Origin: Actinomycetota bacterium
GTDB taxonomy: Bacteria > Actinomycetota > Actinomycetes > S36-B12
Direction: 5' to 3'
Assembly (NCBI GenBank): GCA_017857875.1
Contig: JAFMCH010000001.1
Span: 3,745 to 67,744, forward strand
Length of the DNA: 64,000 nucleotides
Shown: positions 1-9,270 of the stretch, piece after piece
Position numbering within the stretch: position 1 is the stretch's first letter
Layout of the letters: the number at the start of each line of letters is the position of its first letter
Translations under genes and position numbers: made by a program
The notes under the pieces: generated by a model
Database searches by the model: none
Told to the model about the DNA's origin: nothing
What the model saw: only the letters and a program-made list of their open reading frames with translations

Positions 1-1
1 C

Positions 2-196
2 GGCGTGGCACCCACCTCGCACGGCTGCACCAACATGTCTTACGAGGACGGCCAGTGGTTCTATGAACATGCCCTCGAAGGCGACCCGGTCATCACCAAA
101 GGCACGGGCTACGACGTGGACTGGTGGGAGGGCCCTGGCGCCGTATGGAATATCGGCTGGCGAGGGTGGAAAGACGGGGCCGCCGCACTCCCCTAA
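2..196 (+). CDS. L,D-transpeptidase (YkuD domain), C-terminal fragment; 5' end lies outside the window
   Basis: The frame is open from the window edge to TAA at 194-196. The translation carries the YkuD catalytic-site motif SHGCTNM. Confidence 0.7.
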   Translation, partial: GVAPTSHGCTNMSYEDGQWFYEHALEGDPVITKGTGYDVDWWEGPGAVWNIGWRGWKDGAAALP

Positions 197-213
197 TAGG
201 CGCTTCGAGCACT

Positions 214-243
214 GATGCGAGATGATCTAACACTCGCATTTTG
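214..243 (+). terminator. Candidate intrinsic terminator downstream of the L,D-transpeptidase gene
   Basis: ATGCGAG (215-221) pairs with CTCGCAT (233-239) across an 11-nt loop, followed by TTT (240-242). It lies 18 nt after the stop codon. Confidence 0.4.
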
Positions 244-311
244 CGGGGGCCTGGCTTCGTCACACCACGACCCGGAGCCAAGGCGCTGCAGGAAAGGGCT
301 ACGGAGCCGAT

Positions 312-2573
312 ATGAACGATGATCTAGCTAGCGAGCAAGAGCGGCTGGATGCGTTCTACGAGCGACTTGATCAGGTTCGTGCGTATACCGAAACTGACCT
401 CGATCAAGCCCGACACGGTCAAACCGTCGGGACGCCGGGAGCCCGAACTGAGCAAGAAGCTTTCGTGCGCCTGTACGCACAGCGGCTCACCGCCCTCAAT
501 GCCGCCGAGGAACGGCTGTGCTTCGGGCGGCTTGACCTCCTTGCCGATCAACCGCGCTATATCGGCCGCATCGGCCTCACGGACGACCATCAATCACCGC
601 TGCTCACCGACTGGCGGGCCCCGGCTGCAGAAGCCTTTTATCAGGCCACCGCCGCCAACCCGGGGGATGTCATCCGGCGCCGACACCTCGTTACCCAGGG
701 GCGAACAGTTGCCTCGATTGAAGATGATGTGCTGAACCTTGATGCCATCGCCAGCGGTGTCGGTGGTATTCACGTCGATGACGTGCAGGGCGGCGGCGTG
801 CTCATGGCGGCCCTTGCGCGTAAGCGCACTGGGCGAATGCAGGACATCGTGGCAACGTTGCAGGCCGAGCAAGATGTGATTGTGCGTTCCCCCATATCGG
901 GCATCGTCGTGGTTGAGGGCGGACCCGGGTGCGGCAAAACCGTTGTGGCACTTCATCGGGCTGCCTACTTGCTCTATACCCATCGCGATCGACTCGCCCG
1001 CAGTGGGGTTCTGATCATCGGGCCCAACCCGCTCTTTCTGCGGTACATCGAGCAAGTGTTACCAGCCCTTGGCGAAACATCAGCGGTCCTGGCCACGCCG
1101 GGAACGGTCTTTCCGGGTATTGATGCGGGCAACACTGAGCCCGACGAAATTACCGCAATCAAGGGACAACTGTTAATGGCTGATGTGGTTGCCCGAGCAG
1201 TGAAGAATCGTCAGCGGATACCAGATTCAGACCGCACGCTCATGGTGGGTCGTACACCAATCATCGCCACGACGAAAATGTTTGCCCACGCCATCGACCG
1301 AGCACGAAGCGGTCACCGGCCACACAACGTGAGCAGGCGCACCTTCGCATTGACGATGCTGTCGCAACTCGCCGAAAGCCTCGCCGAGGCCCAAGGCGTT
1401 GACATCACCTCCCGCCGGGATGAACTCGTCGAAGACCTCCGCGACTCCCCCGACGTGCGTCGGGAGGTAAATCTGGCCTGGATGCCCCTCACACCCGAGC
1501 AAGTCATCACCGATCTATGGACCCGACCGGACGTCTTGGCCGCAGCAGCACCGCAACTGAGCGCCAACGACCGACACCTGCTTCATCGCGTAGCAGGTGC
1601 ACCGTGGGCGTGGGGGGATGTGCCACTTCTAGACGAGGCTGCGGAGTTGCTCGGTATCGATGATGAAGCGCAGCGGCAGGCGCAGGCTGCGCAATCGGCA
1701 GACCGGGCGGCCGAAACCGAGTACGCATCCTCCGTGCTAGAGATGACCGGTACCCAAGGGGTCTCTGCCGAACAGATGATTGATCGTTACTCGCAAAGCC
1801 ATAGTTCGCTATCAGTAGCCGATCGAGCCGCCGGCGACCGTGAATGGGTCTTCGGTCATGTCGTGGTGGACGAAGCGCAGGAGCTTTCACCAATGATGTG
1901 GCGCCTGCTCGCCCGTCGGTGTCCGTCATTGTCGATGACGGTGGTGGGCGATCTCGATCAAGCCGGCTCGCGGTCAGCGCCACAGGACTGGGCTCAGGTA
2001 CTCCAGCGCATCGCCAAGCCACGGCACAAAAAGGAAACTCGTTGGCGTGTCGAAAGCTTGACGATCAACTACCGCACACCGCGGCCATTTATGAACCTGG
2101 CTCAATCAGTGCTGCGTGCGGCAGGTCGCACACCGATGTCGGTCGAATCCATTCGCGATGGCGAGCATCCCGTGATCATTGAAGCCGGACAAGACTGGGC
2201 ACGAGCGGTCGGGAAAGCCGTGTTGAACGAACTTGCCGATGCCGATCTTGGACGACTCGCCGTCATTACGGCGGCTGATGACCGCGAAGGCTGCAGCGCT
2301 CATCTCGCTGAGTTGATCGACCCAGATCTACTCGGCACCGGATCCACTCGGTTGGACGCGCCCGTGTGTGTGCTGTCAGCTCGGGAGGCCAAGGGCCTGG
2401 AGTTCGATGTAGCGGTGGTGTGCGAGCCTGCGCACATTGAAACCCAATCAGCCCAGCCCGGCCGTGATCTCTATGTCGCACTGACCCGAAGCACCCGCCG
2501 GTTGATCATCGTCCACCACGAACCCCTACCCGAAGGATTTATGATGAACAGCAGCGTGGATGCGAGCGTGTAA
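312..2573 (+). CDS. helD: HelD-like UvrD-family helicase-like protein (RNA polymerase-associated, HelD/HelR type)
   Basis: 753-aa ORF with Walker A GGPGCGKT, DEAQ box (VVVDEAQEL) and a UvrD C-terminal block (INYRTP, GLEFD, YVALTRSTRRL). The long N-terminal extension is as in actinobacterial HelD. Confidence 0.8.
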   Translation: MNDDLASEQERLDAFYERLDQVRAYTETDLDQARHGQTVGTPGARTEQEAFVRLYAQRLTALNAAEERLCFGRLDLLADQPRYIGRIGLTDDHQSPLLTDWRAPAAEAFYQATAANPGDVIRRRHLVTQGRTVASIEDDVLNLDAIASGVGGIHVDDVQGGGVLMAALARKRTGRMQDIVATLQAEQDVIVRSPISGIVVVEGGPGCGKTVVALHRAAYLLYTHRDRLARSGVLIIGPNPLFLRYIEQVLPALGETSAVLATPGTVFPGIDAGNTEPDEITAIKGQLLMADVVARAVKNRQRIPDSDRTLMVGRTPIIATTKMFAHAIDRARSGHRPHNVSRRTFALTMLSQLAESLAEAQGVDITSRRDELVEDLRDSPDVRREVNLAWMPLTPEQVITDLWTRPDVLAAAAPQLSANDRHLLHRVAGAPWAWGDVPLLDEAAELLGIDDEAQRQAQAAQSADRAAETEYASSVLEMTGTQGVSAEQMIDRYSQSHSSLSVADRAAGDREWVFGHVVVDEAQELSPMMWRLLARRCPSLSMTVVGDLDQAGSRSAPQDWAQVLQRIAKPRHKKETRWRVESLTINYRTPRPFMNLAQSVLRAAGRTPMSVESIRDGEHPVIIEAGQDWARAVGKAVLNELADADLGRLAVITAADDREGCSAHLAELIDPDLLGTGSTRLDAPVCVLSAREAKGLEFDVAVVCEPAHIETQSAQPGRDLYVALTRSTRRLIIVHHEPLPEGFMMNSSVDASV

Positions 2574-3068
2574 CTAACTCTTCAGCGCATCGACAACGCA
2601 ACTGCCAAGGCTTGCTACAGCAGAGAAGCCATCTGCTTCGGGCATGAACTGAGTGACAATGCCGTCCTCGATGACCATGGCGTAACGCTTAGATCGGGTG
2701 CCTAGGCCGAAGCCACTTGCGTCGACCGCCTGTCCGATTGCCTCGGTGAATTCACCATTGCCATCTGAGGCCATGATGATGTCGTCGCCGACACCTTCAA
2801 CCTGTGCCCAGGCGGACATCACAAACGGGTCATTGGTGGCAATGCACACAATCCGGTCGACACCGGCCGAAGAGAGTTCGGCTGCGGTCTCGACATAGGA
2901 AGGCAGATGCTCCTTGGAGCAGGTGGGAGTGAATGCTCCAGGCACCGCAAACAACACGACGCGTCCGTTGCCGAGCAACTCACGACTGGTGGTCGGTGAA
3001 GGCATTCCGTTATCGACGATCCGGATGGTCACGTCGGGGATTGCATCTCCGACGGCAATGGTCATCAT
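2574..3068 (-). CDS. Peroxiredoxin, Prx5-like (AhpC/TSA family)
   Basis: 164 aa with peroxidatic-Cys motif PGAFTPTCS. It is convergent with helD with no spacer. Confidence 0.85.
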   Translation of the reverse strand: MMTIAVGDAIPDVTIRIVDNGMPSPTTSRELLGNGRVVLFAVPGAFTPTCSKEHLPSYVETAAELSSAGVDRIVCIATNDPFVMSAWAQVEGVGDDIIMASDGNGEFTEAIGQAVDASGFGLGTRSKRYAMVIEDGIVTQFMPEADGFSAVASLGSCVVDALKS

Positions 3069-3107
3069 TTACTCCTTCGTGCATGGGCGTTGTCAGTGCC
3101 CTGAACC

Positions 3108-3578
3108 CTAGCGCTCATTCAACGCCAAACACGGTGAAACGGGGGCTTGACCATTAGTGGAGAGTTCGGCGTAAATCAACTCGCACACTTCGGCCGCATC
3201 CGGGCTGGTCGCTGATACCTCGCCCAGGAGAAATACGGCCGCCGCTACCCCCTCCACCTCAGCCACGCGACCCAGTTGGGAACTCAGTTGCTCGTACACC
3301 GAGGCATCGGTTCCGGGCACCAAGGGTGCCTCGAGGGCCGCTGCCTGTTCGGCAGTGAGTTCAGGCAACTCAATACCGTGGCGGTGTGCCTGGGAAACGA
3401 CAACCTCAGCAACGGTCGGCAGGCCACTCACCGCATCTAGGTCATCACCCTGGCTGGCCGCGAAAGCGAGGAGACCCACCCCGCACAGGCAGGCGATAGC
3501 CACTGCCACCGCGGCGCGCACCACCCACGGCGAAAGCGGCAGGCGATCCTCGTAATCGTCTACCGCTTGCCGGTCCAT
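3108..3578 (-). CDS. Hypothetical single-pass membrane-anchored protein
   Basis: 156-aa ORF with one N-proximal hydrophobic segment (VVRAAVAVAIACLCGVGLLAFAA). I recognised no motif. Confidence 0.55.
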   Translation of the reverse strand: MDRQAVDDYEDRLPLSPWVVRAAVAVAIACLCGVGLLAFAASQGDDLDAVSGLPTVAEVVVSQAHRHGIELPELTAEQAAALEAPLVPGTDASVYEQLSSQLGRVAEVEGVAAAVFLLGEVSATSPDAAEVCELIYAELSTNGQAPVSPCLALNER

Positions 3579-3623
3579 TCAGCAACGGTAACCCGATCGA
3601 GCAAATAGTGAGACACTTCAGCG

Positions 3624-4847
3624 GTGAGCAGGCCTATCAAAGTTGTCGTCATTGGTGCTGGATTCGCAGGACTTGCCGCGGTGAAGGCACTTCGACGTAA
3701 CCACGACGTCGAAGTGCTGATGATCGACAAATACCCGTACCAGTTGTTTTCGCCCCTGCTCTATCAGGTGGCTACCGGGGGCTTGCCAGAAGACGACATT
3801 GCCTACCCGGTGCGAGCAGCCTTGCCTGGAGTTTCTTTTCTTCGCGGTGAGGTGTCGCGCATCACGCCCGATAAGAATTCAGTCCGCATGGCTGATGGCA
3901 CCGATGTCTCCTTCGATCACTTGGTCATCGCGACCGGAAGTGTGGGCACCACCTTCGGCATTCCGGGCGTGGAACAACATGCACTGCAAATGAAAAACAT
4001 TTACGAGGCGCGCGCCATCAAGCAGCGACTCTTTGGCACATACGAGGATGTCCAGGAATCTCGGTTGCCGCGGGAAAATCTTCGGGTCGTTGTGGTCGGT
4101 GGTGGGCCCACCGGTGTCGAGGTTGCCGGAGCGGTGGCCGAGTTGCAGCGAAGCCTGCACCGGGAATATCCCGAGATTGCTGACTATGCCTCGGTCACGT
4201 TGGTGGAAGCAGGTCCCCGACTGCTTCCAATGTTCCGGGAGTCCTCGAGCCGTCACGCCCAGGATGAACTCGAAAAACTTGGTGTGCAGGTGAAAGTCAA
4301 TGCCGCCGTTGACCGCATGTACGAGCGGGATCTACATCTTGGCAGCGGTGAGATTTTGCCGGCCGGGACAGTCATCTGGGCTGCCGGAGTCGCTGCCCCT
4401 GAAAAACTGGGAGAAATCGGCGTCACCGGCCCGGGGCGCCGACTCGTCGTAGACAACTACTTGCGCATGCAGGGTGCCACGAACATCTGGGTCATTGGTG
4501 ATTCCGCCGCATTCACCGAGGACGGGCAGGTGCTGCCTATGGTCGCTCCCGTTGCCATGCAGATGGGCCGCCATGTTGCCAAATCCATCACCGCAGCGAT
4601 TTCTGGCGCACCGCTGCCTGAATTCACCTATACCGACAAGGGTCAAATGGCCACCATTGGGCGCCGTCGAGCCGTGGCCGAAACACCGCAGGGCATCACC
4701 TTGCATGGCACCGCAGCGTGGCTAGCGTGGCTGGGCCTGCATGTCGGGTACCTGGCCGGTGGGCGAAATCGAGTGAGTGTGATCGCCGACTGGGGTTGGA
4801 ACTACCTGGCTTGGGGCATCGGGCCGCGCCGCGCGGTTATCGAGTGA
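3624..4847 (+). CDS. ndh: Type II NADH dehydrogenase (NDH-2), FAD-dependent pyridine nucleotide-disulfide oxidoreductase
   Basis: GTG start and two dinucleotide folds (VVVIGAGFAGL, VVVGGGPTGVE). The 407-aa length is typical of NDH-2. Confidence 0.85.
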   Translation: MSRPIKVVVIGAGFAGLAAVKALRRNHDVEVLMIDKYPYQLFSPLLYQVATGGLPEDDIAYPVRAALPGVSFLRGEVSRITPDKNSVRMADGTDVSFDHLVIATGSVGTTFGIPGVEQHALQMKNIYEARAIKQRLFGTYEDVQESRLPRENLRVVVVGGGPTGVEVAGAVAELQRSLHREYPEIADYASVTLVEAGPRLLPMFRESSSRHAQDELEKLGVQVKVNAAVDRMYERDLHLGSGEILPAGTVIWAAGVAAPEKLGEIGVTGPGRRLVVDNYLRMQGATNIWVIGDSAAFTEDGQVLPMVAPVAMQMGRHVAKSITAAISGAPLPEFTYTDKGQMATIGRRRAVAETPQGITLHGTAAWLAWLGLHVGYLAGGRNRVSVIADWGWNYLAWGIGPRRAVIE

Positions 4848-5557
4848 CCGGCGGCCGTTTGAGCCGCCTTCTTCCATCACGGTCGGTACCTCTGACGCGC
4901 TGGCGAAGTGAGGGATCGCGCTGGCGTGGTCGTCCGGGCACCCTGATCATCTTGGTTATCGGGCTATGGCTGTTCGGTACCGGCGAGGCATTCCTGGTAA
5001 ACGCCGGCATCGGAGTGAGCCCCTGGACGGTATTCGCCGAGGGTTTGGCGATTCAGTCGCCATTTTCCATCGGTATGACCTACTTCGCCACAAGCATTGT
5101 CGTGTTACTGCTATGGATTCCCCTCAAGGAGAAACCAGGACTCGGCACGATTGCCAACGCCGTGGTGATCGCTCTATCCCTTCAGGTCATGATCTTGATC
5201 TCTCCTACGCCCACTTCCCTGGGATGGCAGGTGCCAACCGTCTTGGCAGGTATCGCATTAATCGGCATCGGCAGCGGCCTGTACTTGACCACGAATCTAG
5301 GGCCGGGGCCTCGCGACGGCCTCATGACAGGGATCCACCTGCGATTTAGAAAACCGCTCACTCCTGTCCGACTAGGACTCGAACTCGCGGTGCTCTCCAT
5401 CGGTTGGCTGCTCGGTGGCACGGTCGGTTTGGGCACGGTTCTATTCGCCCTACTGGTCGGTCCGTCGGTTGGCTACGGGTTGCGGGTAGTCGGCGCATTG
5501 GCTGGATCATCCAGTTCCCTTCCGCCCGGGGAGGTGCGACCGGAATTCGAGGCGTAG
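4844..5557 (+). CDS. YczE/YitT-like integral membrane protein
   Basis: The ORF-track frame starts at 4718, but GTG 4844 overlaps the ndh stop as GTGA. Multi-TM protein with GIGVSPWTVFAEGL and GPGPRDGLM motifs. Confidence 0.7.
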   Translation: MTGGRLSRLLPSRSVPLTRWRSEGSRWRGRPGTLIILVIGLWLFGTGEAFLVNAGIGVSPWTVFAEGLAIQSPFSIGMTYFATSIVVLLLWIPLKEKPGLGTIANAVVIALSLQVMILISPTPTSLGWQVPTVLAGIALIGIGSGLYLTTNLGPGPRDGLMTGIHLRFRKPLTPVRLGLELAVLSIGWLLGGTVGLGTVLFALLVGPSVGYGLRVVGALAGSSSSLPPGEVRPEFEA

Positions 5558-5664
5558 ATCTTTCCTCCGAAAGCGTCGACAAATCTTCCGCGTAGCGCCT
5601 ATTATCGGACATTAATGAGCGCCCTGGTGCGCACCCAAAACCTTGATCAAGGAGTGAGCGACCA

Positions 5665-6417
5665 ATGGGAGCAGCGGTTGTAACGGGGGCGGCTAGCGGG
5701 ATTGGACGCGCCACATGCGTCGCACTCGCAAGTAGCGGGCACGAAGTCATCGTTGCGACGTATCCGGGTGATCCACATGATCCACAGCTAACTGTTGATG
5801 CTGTGACAGCCGACGGTGGCGATGCTCACATCATCGAAGTTGACGTCAGGGATTCCGCACAGGTGGATCGACTCATGGCCGAGGCTGATGAGCGCTGCGG
5901 AGGAATTGACGTGGTCGTCGCAAACGCCGGAATCCTGCGGGATTCACCGCTAAGCGACCTCACCGATGAACGGTGGGACGAAATGTTGCAGGTCGATCTG
6001 ACCGGTGTGCTGCGAACACTTCGGTCGGCTCGTCCGCGAATGAACGCCGGGGGATCAATGATCGCCGTCTCCTCTATCGCGGGCGCTGTCTACGGCTGGC
6101 CTGACCACGCCCACTACGCCACCGCCAAAGCCGGCATGATTGGCCTTGTGCGTTCGCTCGCTGTCGAACTTGCACCCGATATCACCGTAAATACGGTCGT
6201 TCCGGGGATTATCGAGACACCACAATCGCTTGACCCGGTTAACTCACTAGGCCCAGAGGGCCTGAAAGCCATTGCCGCATCGATTCCCGCGGGGCGAGTC
6301 GGTGTCCCCGAAGACATCGCTGCCCTCATTAACTTCCTAGCCTCAACAGGTGCGCGGTACATCACCGGTCAGGCGATCGTCGTAGACGGCGGCTACACGG
6401 TGCGCCTGCCGGTGTAG
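5665..6417 (+). CDS. SDR family oxidoreductase (FabG-like)
   Basis: TGAASGIGRA cofactor motif, NAG, and catalytic YATAK. SD AAGGAG lies upstream. Confidence 0.85.
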   Translation: MGAAVVTGAASGIGRATCVALASSGHEVIVATYPGDPHDPQLTVDAVTADGGDAHIIEVDVRDSAQVDRLMAEADERCGGIDVVVANAGILRDSPLSDLTDERWDEMLQVDLTGVLRTLRSARPRMNAGGSMIAVSSIAGAVYGWPDHAHYATAKAGMIGLVRSLAVELAPDITVNTVVPGIIETPQSLDPVNSLGPEGLKAIAASIPAGRVGVPEDIAALINFLASTGARYITGQAIVVDGGYTVRLPV

Positions 6418-6473
6418 GCGGCGCCTGTCCACGCAGACGCTCACTCATCTCACTTCAGGATTGGACGGCACGT

Positions 6474-7220
6474 ATGGCAACCAGCGGACAATTGCAGGGC
6501 AAGAGCGCGCTTATCGTTGGCGGAGCCGGCGGCATCGGAAAGGCCATCGGCGCCGCATTCGTGCACGAGGGCGCACATGTCGTTCTGGCTGATTTCAACT
6601 CCTCCGCCGCTGCCGCCGCGGCCGCAGACATCGGCGCTACCGCCGGGATCCACATAGATGTCACTGATGAAGATTCGGTGCAGGCCGCGGTTAATGCAGC
6701 GCGAGCCGAACTTGGCAGCATCCAGATCCTTGTCAATTCCGCTGGTATCGCCACGCAGGCATCGGTGGCCGATATGAGTCTGCAGATGTGGTCGGAAACG
6801 ATCGCAGTTGACCTTTCCGGGGTGTTTCTTGTGACTCACCATGTCTTGCCCGAAATGATTGACCGTGGTTCCGGCCGCATCATCAACATCGCCAGTCAAC
6901 TGGGCACCAAAGGCGGCCACTCACTCGCCCACTATTGCGCCGCGAAGGCGGGTGTCGTGGGCTTCACCAAGTCATTGGCACTCGAGGTAGCCCCGCTCGG
7001 GGTACTCGTCAATGCCATTTCACCAGGCCCGATTAACACCCCCATGGTTGAAGGTATCGACGAGGAGTGGAAGATCGCCAAGCGAAAGGAGCTACCGCTT
7101 GGGCGCTTCGGTGAGCCCGACGAAGTCGCACCCACCGCCGTGCTGCTGGCCAGTGATCCGGGTGGCAATCTCTATGTGGGTGCGAACTTGGGCCCCAACA
7201 GCGGCGACGTCATGCCATGA
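6474..7220 (+). CDS. SDR family oxidoreductase
   Basis: GGAGGIGKA motif, NSAG, catalytic YCAAK and the PGPINTP segment. Confidence 0.85.
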   Translation: MATSGQLQGKSALIVGGAGGIGKAIGAAFVHEGAHVVLADFNSSAAAAAAADIGATAGIHIDVTDEDSVQAAVNAARAELGSIQILVNSAGIATQASVADMSLQMWSETIAVDLSGVFLVTHHVLPEMIDRGSGRIINIASQLGTKGGHSLAHYCAAKAGVVGFTKSLALEVAPLGVLVNAISPGPINTPMVEGIDEEWKIAKRKELPLGRFGEPDEVAPTAVLLASDPGGNLYVGANLGPNSGDVMP

Positions 7221-7246
7221 CGGCTATAGAGCGATAGCCTCCACGC

Positions 7247-7984
7247 ATGTATGAGGGGGAGAGCACAGACTTCAGTGGCGGAACGACAACGGAGTATCAG
7301 CGGCTGGCCGATGACGTGCGCGATCGCATCGTGTCCGGACGCCTTGCTCCCGGTGATCGACTCATCGAAGCTGATCTGGCCGAGGAATATCACGTCAGCC
7401 GCGGCACGGTCCGCGAAGCCATCAGGCTGCTGGCCAGCCAACGACTCGTCGAAACTGTGCGTGGGCGCTCCGGTGGCACGTTTATCGCACGGGTTGCCCC
7501 CGAAAGCATCGCCGCCTACCTCGACACCACCGTTGGCGCACTGCTCACCCAAGACGACGTCGCTCTCAGTGATCTCGTCGAGGTGCGCCAACTTATCGAA
7601 CCATTCGCGGCATCGCTGGCCGCTTCGCGCAGTGATGCCCGCACGATCGAGGAACTCGTTGACTTGCAGACTCATGCCAATGCCCCTGACCGTGATGAGA
7701 TGAACTGGGCGTGGCACCGAGCGATCCTTCGGCTCAGCGGTAATCCACTGCTGCCGGCGCTTGCCATGCCCGTTTACAACGTGCTTAGCACTCGATTTGA
7801 TCGTCGCCAGGCCAAGCGCGGTCAATGGCAGCGCATTGAGCGCGAACATGCAGAGATCTCGCATCTGATTGGTGTGCGCGACCCCAAGGGTGCCGAAGAG
7901 GCGATGCGCGAACATCTCCAGGTCGTTCATCTGGCGTATCTGGACCTGGCCGAACAAACCCCACCGGCAGGGCTTGCCAATTAA
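7247..7984 (+). CDS. GntR family transcriptional regulator (FadR/FCD subfamily)
   Basis: N-terminal winged HTH (LIEADLAEEYHVSRGTVREAIRLL) followed by an all-helical C-terminal domain of FCD length. Confidence 0.8.
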   Translation: MYEGESTDFSGGTTTEYQRLADDVRDRIVSGRLAPGDRLIEADLAEEYHVSRGTVREAIRLLASQRLVETVRGRSGGTFIARVAPESIAAYLDTTVGALLTQDDVALSDLVEVRQLIEPFAASLAASRSDARTIEELVDLQTHANAPDRDEMNWAWHRAILRLSGNPLLPALAMPVYNVLSTRFDRRQAKRGQWQRIEREHAEISHLIGVRDPKGAEEAMREHLQVVHLAYLDLAEQTPPAGLAN

Positions 7985-8035
7985 ACATCGGACACTTATT
8001 CTTGCCTCTAGCAGCTTTTCTACGAGAGGAATTAA

Positions 8036-9241
8036 TTGAAACCGCTGGAAGGCATTCGCATCATTTCGCTCGAGCAATATGGAGCGGGGCCCTTTGCCAC
8101 GCTGCATTTGGCCGACCTTGGTGCCGAGGTCATCAAGATTGAAGATCCTTCCGTGCGCGGTGACGTCGGCCGTCACGTTCCGCCGTATGCCGAGGGTGAC
8201 ACCTCGCTGTTCTTCGAAACCTTCAATCGCAACAAGAAAAGTATGCTCCTTGATATCGCAACGCCCGAAGGCCGCGAGGTCTTCAATGACCTCGTTCGCG
8301 TCAGTGATGTCGTGTTTTCGAACCTGCGCGGCGACGTGCCAGCAAAAATCGGCATTACCTACAACGATCTGAAGTCCATCAATCCGGCGATCGTGTGCGC
8401 GTCACTATCGGGCTACGGGATGGTTGGCCCACGCGCCAAGGACCCCGGCTATGACTACATGCTCCAAGCGCTTGGCGGGTGGATGTCTATCACCGGCGAG
8501 CCAGATGGCGCACCGACCAAGACCGGGCTCTCGCTGGTGGACTTCTCCGGAGGCCTCGTTGCGTCAGGGGCGATTCTGGCTGGCGTGATTGCAGCCCGCC
8601 GAGACGGCGTCGGAATGGACTGCGACCTGAGTCTGTATGACACCGCCATCGGCATGCTGAGCTACCTGGCCACCTGGCACATGTCTGCTGGCCATGAGCC
8701 GCTACGAACCAAGAACAGCGCCCACCCCTCCATCGTTCCGTTCCAGGCCTTTGCCGCGTCTGATGGATGGTTCGTTGTCGGCTGCGCGAAGGAAAAGTTC
8801 TGGCAGCGTCTCGCTGAGGAAATCGGCATGCCAGAACTCGCCACTGATCCGCGGTTTGACTCGTTCGGTCAACGCTTTGCCAACTCCGAGGAACTGCTTG
8901 CGATTTTGGATGAAGTGTTCGCCACGCGAACCGTTGCCGAATGGGTGACTCAATTGCGCGAAGCGTCGGTGCCCTGCGGCGCCGTACAAACCGTGGGCGA
9001 GGCACTCACAGACTCGCACACCATCGAACGTGGACTCATCGTCGAAACCTCGACACCTGCTCTGGGCGATGTGCGGTCGGTTGCCTCGGCTATGCGCGTC
9101 GGAACCCGCGACGAGCCTCATCGTCGCGCACCACTTCTTGATGAGCACCGAGTCGATGTTTTGACAACACTTCTTGGATACGACACCGACAAAGTTCAAC
9201 AGCTCAACGAGTCAGCCGCTTTCGGTACCACCACCCCATAA
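8036..9241 (+). CDS. Family III CoA-transferase (CaiB/BaiF type)
   Basis: TTG start with GAGAGGA SD. N-terminus MKPLEGIRIISLEQYGAGPFATLHLADLGAEVIKIE is typical of family III CoA-transferases. Confidence 0.85.
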   Translation: MKPLEGIRIISLEQYGAGPFATLHLADLGAEVIKIEDPSVRGDVGRHVPPYAEGDTSLFFETFNRNKKSMLLDIATPEGREVFNDLVRVSDVVFSNLRGDVPAKIGITYNDLKSINPAIVCASLSGYGMVGPRAKDPGYDYMLQALGGWMSITGEPDGAPTKTGLSLVDFSGGLVASGAILAGVIAARRDGVGMDCDLSLYDTAIGMLSYLATWHMSAGHEPLRTKNSAHPSIVPFQAFAASDGWFVVGCAKEKFWQRLAEEIGMPELATDPRFDSFGQRFANSEELLAILDEVFATRTVAEWVTQLREASVPCGAVQTVGEALTDSHTIERGLIVETSTPALGDVRSVASAMRVGTRDEPHRRAPLLDEHRVDVLTTLLGYDTDKVQQLNESAAFGTTTP

Positions 9242-9270
9242 GCCCCCACACACAACAAGGGAACCCCACC

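Noticed and set aside
7172-8176. 334-aa ORF on the minus strand spanning the GntR gene and the start of the CoA-transferase gene
   Set aside because: It is antisense to two well-supported genes with clear family motifs. Its translation is Arg/Gly/Ala-rich with no motif. This is a typical high-GC shadow ORF.
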